A stretch of DNA of 64,000 nt from Eledone cirrhosa (GCA_964016885.1 OZ024744.1:122760001-122824000), one strand, 5' to 3'. Positions 32,320 through 47,749 are shown, counted from the first letter of the stretch. The notes: generated from the sequence alone by a model not told the origin. Made by a program: numbers and translations.

Positions 32320-33940
32320 ACAACAGTAACAACAACAGCAGTAACAACAACAGTAACAACAACAGTAAGAACAACAGTAACAACAACAGTAACAACAACA
32401 ACAGTAACAACAACAACAGTAACAACAACAGTAACAACAACAGTAACAACAACAGTAACAACAACAGTAACAACAACAACAGTAACAACAACAGTAACAA
32501 CAACAGTAACAACAACAGTAACAACAACAATAGTAACAACAACAGTAACAACAACAACAGTAACAACAACAGTAACAACAACAGTAACAACAACAGTAAC
32601 AACAACAGTGACAACAATAGTAACAACAACAATAGTAAAAACAACAGTAACAACAACAACAGTAACAACAACAGTGACAACAACAGTAACAATAACAACA
32701 GTAACAACAACAGTAACAACAACAGTAACAACAACAATAGTAACAACAACAGTAACAACAACAACAGTAACAACAACAGTAACAACAACAGTAACAACAA
32801 CAGTAACAACAACAGTGACAACAATAGTAACAACAACAATAGTAAAAACAACAGTAACAACAACAACAGTAACAACAACAGTAACAACAACAGTAACAAC
32901 AACAGTAACAACAACAGCAGTAACAACAACTGTAACAACAACAGTAACAACAATAGTAACAACAACAGTAACAACAACAGTAGCAACAACAGTAGCAACA
33001 ACAGTAACAATAACAACAGTAACAACAACAGTAACAACAACAGTAACAACAACAACAGTAACAACAACAGTAACAACAACAGTAACAACAACAGTAACAA
33101 CAATAGTAACAACAACAATAGTAACAACAACAGTAACAACAACAGCAGTAACAACAACAGTAACAACAACAGTAAGAACAACAGTAACAACAACAGTAAC
33201 AACAACAACAGTAACAACAACAACAGTAACAACAACAGTAACAACAACAGTAACAACAACAGTAACAACAACAGTAACAACAACAACAGTAACAACAACA
33301 GTAACAACAACAGTAACAACAACAGTAACAACAACAATAGTAACAACAACAGTAACAACAACAACAGTAACAACAACAGTAACAACAACAGTAACAACAA
33401 CAGTAACAACAACAGTGACAACAATAGTAACAACAACAATAGTAAAAACAACAGTAACAACAACAACAGTAACAACAACAGTGACAACAACAGTAACAAT
33501 AACAACAGTAACAACAACAGTAACAACAACAGTAACAACAACAATAGTAACAACAACAGTAACAACAACAACAGTAACAACAACAGTAACAACAACAGTA
33601 ACAACAACAGTAACAACAACAGTGACAACAATAGTAACAACAACAATAGTAAAAACAACAGTAACAACAACAACAGTAACAACAACAGTAACAACAACAG
33701 TAACAACAACAGTAACAACAACAGCAGTAACAACAACTGTAACAACAACAGTAACAACAATAGTAACAACAACAGTAACAACAACAGTAGCAACAACAGT
33801 AGCAACAACAGTAACAATAACAACAGTAACAACAACAGTAACAACAACAGTAACAACAACAACAGTAACAACAACAGTAACAACAACAGTAACAACAACA
33901 GTAACAACAATAGTAACAACAACAATAGTAACAACAACAG
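32320..33940 (+). repeat. Tandem duplication of 807 bp, each copy containing a nested 207-bp duplication
   Basis: GTAAGA 32365/33172 and GTG 32608/33415 (807). Nested GTGACAACAATA pairs 32608/32815 and 33415/33622 (207); the same pair occurs at 18938/19145. Confidence 0.88.
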
Positions 33941-34489
33941 TAACAACAACAGTAACAACAACAGTAACAACAACAGTAACAACAACAACAGTAACAACAA
34001 CAGTAACAACAACAGTAACAACAACAGTAACAACAACAATAGTAACAACAACAGTAACAACAACAACAGTAACAACAACAGTAACAACAACAGTAACAAC
34101 AACAGTAACAACAACAGTAACAACAACAGTAACAACAACAGTAACAACAACAGTAACAACAACAGCAGTAACAACAACTGTAACAACAACAGTAACAACA
34201 ATAGTAACAACAACAGTAACGACAACAGCAGTAACAACAACAGTAACAACAACAGTAACAACAACAATAGTAACAACAACAGTAACAACAACAGTAACAA
34301 CAATAGTAACAACAACAGTAACAACAACAACAGTAACAACAACAGTAACAACAACAGTAACAACAACAGCATTAACAACAACAGTAACAACAACAGTAAC
34401 AACAACAGTAACAACAATAGTAACAACAACAATAGTAACAACAACAGTAACAACAACAACAGTAACAACAACAGTAACAACAACAGTAA

Positions 34490-35050
34490 CAACAACAGTA
34501 ACAACAACAATAACAACAACAGTAACAACAACAGTAACAACAACAGCATTAACAACAACAGTAACAACAACAGTACCAACAACAGTAACAACAATAGTAA
34601 CAACAACAATAGTAACAAGAACAGTAACACCAACAACAGTAACAACAACAATAGTAACAACAACAGTAACAACAACAACAGTAACAACAACAGTAGCAAC
34701 AACAGTAGCAACAACAGTAACAATAACAACAGTAACAACAACAGTAACAACAACAGTAACAACAACAACAGTAACAACAACAGTAACAACAACAGTAACA
34801 TCGACAACAGTAACAACAATAGTAACAACAACAGTAACAACAACAATAACAACAACAGTAACAACAACAGTAACAACAACAGCATTAACAACAACAGTAA
34901 CAACAACAGTACCAACAACAGTAACAACAATAGTAACAACAACAATAGTAACAAGAACAGTAACACCAACAACAGTAACAACAACAATAGTAACAACAAC
35001 AGTAACAACAACAACAGTAACAACAACAGTAGCAACAACAGTAGCAACAA
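34490..35050 (+). repeat. Local duplication, offset 336 bp
   Basis: GCATTA 34546/34882 and GTACCA 34573/34909, each followed by AGAACAGTAACACCA and the GTAGCA doublet. Confidence 0.85.
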
Positions 35051-35169
35051 CAGCATTAACAACAACAGTAACAACAACAGTAACAACAACAGTAACAACA
35101 ATAGTAACAACAACAATAGTAACAACAACAATAGTAACAACAACAGTAACAACAACAACAGTAACAACA

Positions 35170-38100
35170 ACAGTAACAACAACAGTAACAACAACAGCAT
35201 TAACAACAACAGTAACAACAACAGTAACAACAACAGTAACAACAACAGTAACAACAACAACAGTAACAACAACAGTAACAACAACAATAGTAACAACAAT
35301 AGTAACAACAACAACAGTAACAACAACAGTAACAACAACAGTAACAACAACAGTAACAACAACAGTAACAACAACAACAGTAACAACAACAGTAACAACA
35401 ACAGTAACAACAACAGTAACAACAACAGTAATAACAACAGTAACAACAACAGTAACAACAACAACAGTAACAACAACAGTAACAACAACAGTAACAACAA
35501 CAGTAACAACAACAGTAACAACAAAAACAGTAACAACAACAGTAACAACAACAGTAACAACAACAACAGTAACAACAACAACAGTAACAACAACAGTAAC
35601 AACAACAGTAACAACAACAGTAACAACAATAACAGTAACAACAACAACAGTAACAACAACAGTAACAACAATAGTAACAACAAAAACAGTAACAACAACA
35701 GTAACAACAACAGTAACAACAACAGTAACAACAACAGTAACAACAACAATAGTAACAACAACAGTAACAACAACAACAGTAACAACAACAGTAACAACAA
35801 CAGTAACAACAACAGTAACAACAACAGTGACAACAATAGTAACAACAACAATAGTAAAAACAACAGTAACAACAACAACAGTAACAACAACAGTAACAAC
35901 AACAGTAACAATAACAACAGTAACAACAACAGTAACAACAACAGTAACAACAACAACAGTAACAACAACAGTAACAACAACAGTAACATCGACAACAGTA
36001 ACAACAATAGTAACAACAACAGTAACAACAACAGTAACAACAACAGTAACAACAACAGTAACAACAACAGTAACAACAACAACATTAACAACAACTGTAA
36101 CAACAACAGTAACAACAACAGTAACAACAACAGTAACAACAACAGTAACAACAATAGTAACAACAACAGTAACAACAACAGTAACAACAACAGTAACAAC
36201 AACAACAGTAACAACAACAGTAACAGCAATAGTAACAACAACAGTAACAAGAACAACAGTAACAACAACAGTAACAACAACAATAACAACAACAGTAACA
36301 ACAACAGTAACAACAACAACAGTAACAACAACAACAGTAACAACAACAGTAACAACAACAGTAACAACAACAGTAACAACAACAGTAACAACAGTAACAA
36401 CAACAGTAACAACAACAGTAACAACAACAGTAACAACAACAGTAACAACAAGAGTAACAACAACAGTAACAACAAGAGTAACAACAACAGTAACAACAAG
36501 AGTAACAACAACAGTAACAACAACAGTAACAACAACAGTAACAACAACAGTAACAACAACAGTAACAACAACAACAGTAACAACAACAGTAACAACAACA
36601 GTATCAACAACAGTAACAACAACAGTAACAACAACAACAGTAACAACAACAGTAACAACAACAGTAACAACAACAGTAACAACAACAATAACAACAACAA
36701 CAGTAACAACAACAACAGTAACAACAACAGTAACAACAACAGTAACAACAACAGTAACAACAACAGTAACAACAACAACAGTAACAACAACAGTAACAAC
36801 AATAGTAACAACAACAACAGTAACAACAACAGTAACAACAACAGTAACAACAACAATAGTACCAACAACAGTAACAACAACAACAGTAACAACAACAGTA
36901 ACAACAACAGTAACAACAACAGTAACAACAACAGTGACAACAATAGTAACAACAACAATTGTAAAAACAACAGTAACAACAACAACAGTAACAACAACAG
37001 TAACAACAACAGTAACAATAACAACAGTAACAACAACAGTAACAACAACAGTAACAACAACAACAGTAACAACAACAGTAACAACAAGAGTAACATCGAC
37101 AACAGTAACAACAATAGTAACAACAACATTAACAACAACAGTAACAACAAGAGTAACAACAAGAGTAACAACAACAGTAACAACAACAACAGTAACAACA
37201 ACAGTAACAACAACAGTAACAACAACAGTAATAACAACAGTAACAACAACAGTAACAACAACAACAGTAACAACAACAGTAACAGCAACAGTAACAACAA
37301 CAGTAACAACAACAACAGTAACAACAACGGTAACAACAACAGTAACAACAACAGTAACAACAACAGTAACAACAGCAGTAACAACAACAGTAACAACAAC
37401 ATTAACAACAACAGTAACAACAACAGTAACAACAATAGTAACAACAACAGTAACAACAACAGTAGCAACAACAACAGTAACAACAACAGTAACAACAACA
37501 GTAACAACAATAGTAACAACAACAGTAACAACAACAGTAACAACAACAGTAACAACAACAGTAACAACAACAGTAACAACAACAACAGTAACAACACCAG
37601 TAACAACAACAGTAACAACAGCAGTAACAACAACAGTAACAACAACAGTAACAACAACAACAACAACAACAACAGTAACAACAACAGTAACAACAACAGT
37701 AACAACAACAACAGTAACAACAACAGTAACAACAACAACAGTAACAACAACAGTAACAACAACAGTAACAACAACAGTAACAACAACAGTAACAACAACA
37801 GTAACAACAACAGTAACAACAACAACAGTAACAACAACAGTAACAACAACAGTAACAACAACAGTAACAACAACAGCAACAACAACAACAGTAACAACAA
37901 CAGTAACAACAACATTAACAACAACAACAGTAACAACAACAGTAACAACAACAGTAACAACAACATTAACAACAACGACAGTAACAACAACAGTAACAAC
38001 AACAGTAACAACAATAGTAACAACAACAGTAACAACAACAATAACAACAACAGTAACAACAACAGTAACAACAGCAGTAACAACAGTAGTAACAACAACA

Positions 38101-41100
38101 GTAACAACAACAGTAACAACAACAGTAACAACAACAGTAACAACAACAACAGTAACAACAACAGTAACAACAACAACAGTAACAACAACAGTAACAACAA
38201 CAGTAACAACAACAACAGTAACAACAACAGTAACAACAGTAACAACAACCGTAACAACAGTAACAACAACAGTAACAACAACAGTAACAACAACAGTAAA
38301 AACAATAACACTAACAACAACAACAACAGTAACAACAACAGTAACAACAACAACAGTAACAACAACAGTAACAACAACAGTAACAACAACAGCATTAACA
38401 ACAACAGTAACAACAACAGTAACAACAACAGTAACAACAACAGTAACAACAACAACAGTAACAACAACAGTAACAACAACAATAGTAACAACAATAGTAA
38501 CAACAACAACAGTAACAACAACAGTAACAACAACAGTAACAACAACAGTAACAACAACAGTAACAACAACAACAGTAACAACAACAGTAACAACAACAGT
38601 AACAACAACAGTAACAACAACAGTAATAACAACAGTAACAACAACAGTAACAACAACAACAGTAACAACAACAGTAACAACAACAGTAACAACAACAGTA
38701 ACAACAACAGTAACAACAACAACAGTAACAACAACAGTAACAACAACAGTAACAACAACAACAGTAACAACAACAACAGTAACAACAACAGTAACAACAA
38801 CAGTAACAACAACAGTAACAACAATAACAGTAACAACAACAACAGTAACAACAACAGTAACAACAATAGTAACAACAAAAACAGTAACAACAACAGTAAC
38901 AACAACAGTAACAACAACAGTAACAACAACAGTAACAACAACAATAGTAACAACAACAGTAACAACAACAACAGTAACAACAACAGTAACAACAACAGTA
39001 ACAACAACAGTAACAACAACAGTGACAACAATAGTAACAACAACAATAGTAAAAACAACAGTAACAACAACAACAGTAACAACAACAGTAACAACAACAG
39101 TAACAATAACAACAGTAACAACAACAGTAACAACAACAGTAACAACAACAACAGTAACAACAACAGTAACAACAACAGTAACATCGACAACAGTAACAAC
39201 AATAGTAACAACAACAGTAACAACAACAGTAACAACAACAGTAACAACAACAGTAACAACAACAGTAACAACAACAACATTAACAACAACAGTAAAAACA
39301 ACAGTAACAACAACAGTAACAACAACAGTAACAACAACAGTAACAACAATAGTAACAACAACAGTAACAACAACAGTAACAACAACAGTAACAACAACAA
39401 CAGTAACAACAACAGTAACAAGAACAACAGTAACAACAACAGTAACAACAACAATAACAACAACAGTAACAACAACAGTAACAACAACAACAGTAACAAC
39501 AACAACAGTAACAACAACAGTAACAACAACAGTAACAACAACAGTAACAACAACAGTAACAACAGTAACAACAACAGTAACAACAACAGTAACAACAACA
39601 GTAACAACAACAGTAACAACAACAGTAACAACAACAGTAACAACAAGAGTAACAACAACAGTAACAACAAGAGTAACAACAACAGTAACAACAACAGTAA
39701 CAACAACAGTAACAACAACAGTAACAACAACAGTAACAACAACAACAGTAACAACAACAGTAACAACAACAGTATCAACAACAGTAACAACAACAGTAAC
39801 AACAACAACAGTAACAACAACAGTAACAACAACAGTAACAACAACAGTAACAACAACAATAACAACAACAACAGTAACAACAACAACAGTAACAACAACA
39901 GTAACAACAACAGTAACAACAACAGTAACAACAACAACAGTAAAAACAACAGTAACAACAATAGTAACAACAACAACAGTAACAACAACAGTAACAACAA
40001 CAGTAACAACAACAATAGTACCAACAACAGTAACAACAACAACAGTAACAACAACAGTAACAACAACAGTAACAACAACAGTAACAACAACAGTGACAAC
40101 AATAGTAACAACAACAATAGTAACAACAACAATTGTAAAAACAACAGTAACAACAACAACAGTAACAACAACAGTAACAACAACAGTAACAATAACAACA
40201 GTAACAACAACAGTAACAACAACAGTAACAACAACAACAGTAACAACAACAGTAACAACAAGAGTAACATCGACAACAGTAACAACAATAGTAACAACAA
40301 CATTAACAACAACAGTAACAACAAGAGTAACAACAACAGTAACAACAACAGTAACAACAACAACAGTAACAACAACAGTAACAACAACAGTAACAACAAC
40401 AGTAACAACAACAGTAACAACAACAGTAACAACAACAACAGTAACAACAACAGTAACAGCAACAGTAACAACAACAGTAACAACAACAACAGTAACAACA
40501 ACGGTAACAACAACAGTAACAACAACAGTAACAACAACAGTAACAACAGCAGTAACAACAACAGTAACAACAACATTAACAACAACAGTAACAACAACAG
40601 TAACAACAATAGTAACAACAACAGTAACAACAACAGTAGCAACAACAACAGTAACAACAACAGTAACAACAACAGTAACAACAATAGTAACAACAACAGT
40701 AACAACAACAGTAACAACAACAGTAACAACAACAGTAACAACAACAGTAACAACAACAACAGTAACAACACCAGTAACAACAACAGTAACAACAGCAGTA
40801 ACAACAACAGTAACAACAACAGTAACAACAACAACAACAACAACAACAGTAACAACAACAGTAACAACAACAGTAACAACAACAACAGTAACAACAACAG
40901 TAACAACAACAACAGTAACAACAACAGTAACAACAACAGTAACAACAACAGTAACAACAACAGTAACAACAACAGTAACAACAACAGTAACAACAACAAC
41001 AGTAACAACAACAGTAACAACAACAGTAACAACAACAGTAACAACAACAGCAACAACAACAACAGTAACAACAACAGTAACAACAACATTAACAACAACA

Positions 41101-41540
41101 ACAGTAACAACAACAGTAACAACAACAGTAACAACAACATTAACAACAACGACAGTAACAACAACAGTAACAACAACAGTAACAACAATAGTAACAACAA
41201 CAGTAACAACAACAATAACAACAACAGTAACAACAACAGTAACAACAGCAGTAACAACAGTAGTAACAACAACAGTAACAACAACAGTAACAACAACAGT
41301 AACAACAACAGTAACAACAACAACAACAGTAACAACAACAGTAACAACAACAACAGTAACAACAACAGTAACAACAACAGTAACAACAACAACAGTAACA
41401 ACAACAGTAACAACAGTAACAACAACAGTAACAACAGTAACAACAACAGTAACAACAACAGTAACAACAACAGTAAAAACAATAACACTAACAACAACAA
41501 CAACAGTAACAACAACAGTAACAACAACAACAGTAACAAC
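35170..41540 (+). repeat. Tandem duplication, period about 3.17-3.2 kb
   Basis: GCATTA 35197/38392, GTATCA 36601/39772, ATTGTAAAA ~36958/~40132, GTAGTA 38086/41260 and AAAACAATAACACTA ~38300/~41477 are collinear. Confidence 0.88.
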
Positions 41541-44500
41541 AACAGTAACAACAACAACAGTAACAACAACAGTAACAACAACAGTAACAACAACAACAGT
41601 AACAACAACAGTAACAACAGTAACAACAACAGTAACAACAACAACAGTAACAACAACAGTAACAATAACATTAACAACAACAGTAACAACAACAGTAACA
41701 ACAACAGTAACAACAACAGTAACAAGACAGTAACAACAACAGTAACAACAACAACAGTAACAACAACAGTAACAACAACAGTAACAACAACAACAGTAAC
41801 AACAACAGTAACAACAACAACAGTAACAACAACAGTAACAACAACAGTAACAACAACAGTAACAACAACAACAACAGTAACAACAACAGTAGCAACAACA
41901 GTAACAACAACAACAACAACAACAGTAACAACAACAGTAACAACAACAGTAACAACAACAGTAACAACAACAGTAACAACAACAGTAACAACAACAACAA
42001 CAGTAACAACAACAGTAACAACAACAGTAACAACAACAACAGTAACAACAACAGTAACAACAACAGTAACAACAACAACAGTAACAACAACAGTAACAAC
42101 AACAGTAACAACAACAGCAGTAACAACAACTGTAACAACAACAGTAACAACAACAGTAACAACAACAGTAACGACAACAGCAGTAACAACAACAGTAACA
42201 ACAACAGTAACAACAACAGTAACAACAACAATAGTAACAACAACAGTAACAACAACAACAGTAACAACAACAGTAACAACAACAGTAACAACAACAGCAT
42301 TAACAACAACAGTAACAACAACAGTAACAACAACAGTAACAACAATAGTAACAACAACAATAGTAACAACAACAGTAACAACAACAACAGTAACAACAAC
42401 AGTAACAACAACAGTAACAACAACAGTAACAACAACAGTAACAACAACAATAGTAACAACAACAGTAACAACAACAGTAACAACAACAGTAACAACAACA
42501 GTAACAACAACAGTAACAACAACAGTAACAACAACAGTAACAACAACAGTAACAACAACAGTAACAACAACAGTAACAACAACAGTAACAACAACAGTAA
42601 CAACAGTAACAACAACAGTAACAACAACAGTAACAACAACAGTAACAACAACAGTAACAATAGTAACAACAACAACAACAACAGTAACAACAACAACAGT
42701 AACAACAACAGTAAAAACAACAGTAACAACAACAGTAACAACAACAGTAACAACAACAGTAACAACAACAGTAACAACAACAGTAACAACAACAGTAACA
42801 ACAACAGCAGTAACAACAACAGTAACAACAACAGTAAGAACAACAGTAACAACAACAGTAACAACAACAACAGTAACAACAACAACAGTAACAACAACAG
42901 TAACAACAACAGTAACAACAACAGTAACAACAACAGTAACAACAACAGTAACAACAACAACAGTAACAACAACAGTAACAACAACAGTAACAACAACAGT
43001 AACAACAACAATAGTAACAACAACAGTAACAACAACAACAGTAACAACAACAGTAACAACAACAGTAACAACAACAGTGACAACAATAGTAACAACAACA
43101 ATAGTAAAAACAACAGTAACAACAACAATAGTAACAACAACAGTAACAACAACAACAGTAACAACAACAGTAACAACAACAGTAACAACAACAGTGACAA
43201 TAATAGTAACAACAACAATAGTAAAAACAACAGTAACAACAACAACAGTAACAACAACAGTAACAACAACAGTAACAACAACAGTAACAACAACAGCAGT
43301 AACAACAACAGTAACAACAACAGTAACAACAACAGTAACAACAACAACAGTAACAACAACAGTAACAACAAGAGTAACATCGACAACAGTAACAACAATA
43401 GTAACAACAACAGTAACAACAACAGTGACAACAACAGTAACAACAACAGTAACAACAACAGTAACAACAACAGTAACAACAACAGTAACAACAATAGTAA
43501 CAACAACAGTAACAACAACAGTAACAACAACAGTAACAACAACAACAGTAACAACAACAGTAACAGCAACAGTAACAACAACAGTAACAACAACAACAGT
43601 AACAACAACGGTAACAACAACAGTAACAACAACAGTAACAACAACAGTAACAACAGCAGTAACAACAACAGTAACAACAACATTAACAACAACAGTAACA
43701 ACAACAGTAACAACAGCAGTAACAACAACAACAGTAACAACAACAGTAACAACAATAGTAACAAGAACAGTAACAACAACAGTAACAACAACAACAGTAA
43801 CAACAACAGTAACAACAACAGTAGCAACAATAGTAACAACAACAGTAACAACAACAGTAACAACAACAGTAACAACAACAGTAACAACAACAACAGTAAC
43901 AACAGCAGTAACAACAACAGTAAAAACAGCAGTAACAACAACAGTAACAACAACAGTAACAACAACAGTAACAACAACAACAACAACTTCAACAACAACA
44001 ACAACAGTAACAACAACAGTAACAACAACAGTAACAGCAACAACAGTAACAACAACAGTAAGAACAACAACAGTAACAACAACAGTAACAACAACAGTAA
44101 CAACAACAGTAACAACAACAGTAACAACAACAGTAACAACAACAACAACAGTAACAACAACAGTAACAACAACAGTAACAACAACAGTAAGAACAACAGC
44201 AACAACAACAACAGCAACAACAACAACAGTAACAACAACAGTAACAACAACATTAACAACAACAACAGTAACAACAACAGTAACAACAACAGTAACAACA
44301 ACATTAACAACAACAACAGTAACAACAACAGTAACAACAACAGTAACATGAATAGTAACAACAACAGTAACAACAACAGTAACAACAACAGTAACAACAA
44401 CAGTAACAACAACAGTAACAACAGCAGTAACAACAGCAGTAACAACAACAGTAACAACAACAGTAACAACAACAGTACCAACAACAGTAACAACAACAAC

Positions 44501-47500
44501 AGTAACATCAACAGTAACAACAACAGTAACAACAACAATGGTAACAACAACAGTAACAACAACAACAGTAACAACAACAGTAACAACAACAGTAACAACA
44601 ACAGTAACAACAACAGTAACAACAACAGTAACAACAACAACAGTAACAACAACAGTAACAACAACAACAGTAACAACAACAGTAACAACAACAGTAACAA
44701 CAACAACAGTAACAACAACAGTAACAACAGTAACAACAACAGTAACAACAACAGTAACAACAGTAACAACAACAGTAACAACAACAACAGTAACAACAAC
44801 AGTAACAACAACAACAGTAACAACAACAGTAACAACAACAGTAACAACAACAGTAACAACAACAGTAACAACAACAACAGTAACAACAACAGTAACAACA
44901 ACAACAGTAACAACAACAGTAACAACAACAGTAACAACAACAACAGTAACAACAATAGTAACAACAACAGTAACAACAACAGTAACAATAACAGTAACAA
45001 CAACAGTAACAACAACAGTAACAACAACAGTAACAACAACAGTAACAACAACAGTAACAACAACATTAACAACAACAGTAACAACAACAGTAACAACAAC
45101 AGTAACAACAACAGTAACAAAAACAGTAACAACAACAACAGTAACAACAACAGTAACAACAACAGTAACAACAACAGTAACAACAACAACAGTAACAACA
45201 ACAGTTACAACAACAGTAACAACAACAGTAACAACAACAATAGTAACAACAACAGTAACAACAACAGTAACAACAACAGTAACAACAACAGTAACAACAA
45301 CAACAGTAACAACAACAGTAACAACAACAACAGTAACAACAACAGTAACAACAACAGTAACAACAACAGTAACAACAACAACAGTAACAACAACAACAGT
45401 AACAACAACAGTAACAACAACAACAGTAACAACAACAGTAACAACAACAACAGTAACAACAACAGTAACAAAAACAGTAACAACAACAACAGTAACAACA
45501 ACAGTAACAACAACAGTAACAACAACAGTAACAACACCAACAGTAACAACAACAGTAACAACAACAGTAACAACAACAACAGTAACAACAACAGTAACAA
45601 CAACAGTAAAACAACAATAACAACAACAGTAACAACAACAGTAACAACAACAACAGTAACAACAACAGTAACAACAACAGTAACAACAACAGTAACAACA
45701 ACAGTAACAACAACAACAGTAACAACAACAACAGTAACAACAACAACAGTAACAACAACAGTAACAACAACAACAGTAACAACAACAGTAACAACAACAG
45801 TAACAACAACAGTAACAACAACAGTAACAACAACAGTAACAACAACAGTAACAACAACAACAGTAACAACAACAGTAACAACAACAGTAACAACAACAGT
45901 AACAACAGTAACAACAACAGTAACAACAACAGTAACAACAACAGTAACAACAACAACAGTAACAACAACAGTAACAACAACAACAGTAATAACAGCAGTA
46001 ACAACAACAACAGTAACAACAACAGTAACCACAACAGTAACAACAACAGTAACAACAACAGTAACAACAACAGCAACAACAACAGTAACAACAACAACAG
46101 TAACAACAACAGTAACAACAACAGTAACAACAACAGTAACAACAACAGTAACAACAACAGTAACAACAACAACAGTAACAACAACAGTAACAACAACAGT
46201 AACAACAGCAGTAACAACAACAGTAACAACAACAACAGTAACAACAGTAACAACAACAATAGTAACAACAACAGTAACAACAACAACAACAACAGTAACA
46301 ACAACAGTAACAACAACAACAGTAACAACAACAGTAACAACAACAGTAACAACAACAGTAACAACAACAGTAACAACAACAACAGTAACAAAAACAGTAA
46401 CAACAGCAGTAACAACAACAGTAACAACAACAACAGTAACAACAACAGTAACAACAACAACCGTAACAACAACAGTAACAACAACAACAGTAACAACAAC
46501 AATAGTAACAACAACAGTAACAACAAGAGTAACAACAACAGTAACAACAGCAGTAACAACAGCAGTAACAACAACAGTAACAACAACAACAGTAACAACA
46601 ACAGTAACAAAACAGTAACAACAACAGTAACAACAACAGTAACAACAACAACAGTAACAACAACAACAGTAACAACAACAGTAACAACAACAACAGTAAC
46701 AACAAAAGTAACAACAACGGTAACAACAACAGTAACAACAACAGTAACAACAACAACAGTAACAACAACAGTAACAACAACAGTAACAACATCGGTAACA
46801 ACAACAACAGTAACAACAATAGTAACAACAAAAGTAACAACAACAGTAACAACAACAGTAACAACAACAGTAACAACAACAGTAACAACAGCAGTAACAA
46901 CAGCAGTAACAACAACAGTAACAACAACAGTAACAACAACAGTAACAACAACAGTAACAACAACAACCGTAACAACAACAGTAACAACAACAACAGAAAC
47001 AACAACAATAGTAACAACAACAGTAACAACAACAGTAACAACAACAGTAACAACAGCAGTAACAACAGCAGTAACAACAACAGTAACAACAACAGTAGCA
47101 ACAACAGTAACAACAACAACAGTAAAAACAACAGTAACAACAGCAGTAACAACAACAGTAACAACAACAACAGTAACAACAACAGTAACAACAACAGTAA
47201 CAACAACAACAGTAACAACAACAGTAACAACAACAACAGTAACAACAACAATAGTAACAACAGTAAAAACAACAGTAAAAACAACAGTAACAAAAACAGT
47301 AACAACAACAGTAAAAACAACAACAGTAACAACAACAGTAACAAAACAGTAACAACAACAGTAACAACAACAGTAACAACAACAACAGTAACAACAACAA
47401 CAGTAACAACAACAGTAACAACAACAACAGTAACAACACCAGTAACGACAACGGTAACAACAACAGTAACAACAACAGTAACAACAACAACAGTAACAAC

Positions 47501-47749
47501 AACAGTAACAACAACAGTAACAACAACAGTAACAACAACAGTAACAACAACAGTAACAACAACAGTAACAACAACAACAGTAACAACAACAGTAACAACA
47601 GTAACAACAACAGCAACAACAACAGTAACAACAACAGTAACAACAACAACAGTAACAACAACAGTAACAACAGTAACAACAACAGCAACAACAACAGTAA
47701 CAACAACAGTAACAACAACAGTAACAACAACAACAGTAACAACAACAAC

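Larger units (their letters stand above)
13500..33090 (+). repeat. Long-range duplication of about 5.9 kb (about 13500-19420 repeated at about 27150-33090), offset 13643-13682 bp
   Basis: Matching 502-aa spurious ORFs 16491..17999 and 30173..31681 (offset 13682). Markers 15547/29229, 15798/29480, 17544/31226 and 17742/31424 are all at 13682; 14251/27894 is at 13643 and 18938/32608 at 13670. Confidence 0.92.

Noticed and set aside
7339-41733. Long + strand ORFs encoding Thr/Val (TTTV) or Asn/Ser (NNNS) polymers resembling mucins or adhesins
   Set aside because: They start at GTG variants inside the repeat and have no signal peptide or non-repetitive domain. They use single codons and swap between TTTV and NNNS at phase shifts. 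Two of the three + frames are open simply because the monomer has a stop (TAA) in only one frame.
44348-46618. ATG-initiated ORFs 44348..46618 and 44538..45620
   Set aside because: The ATGs are point variants of repeat triplets. There is no upstream promoter, RBS or other unique context, and the products are pure repeat.
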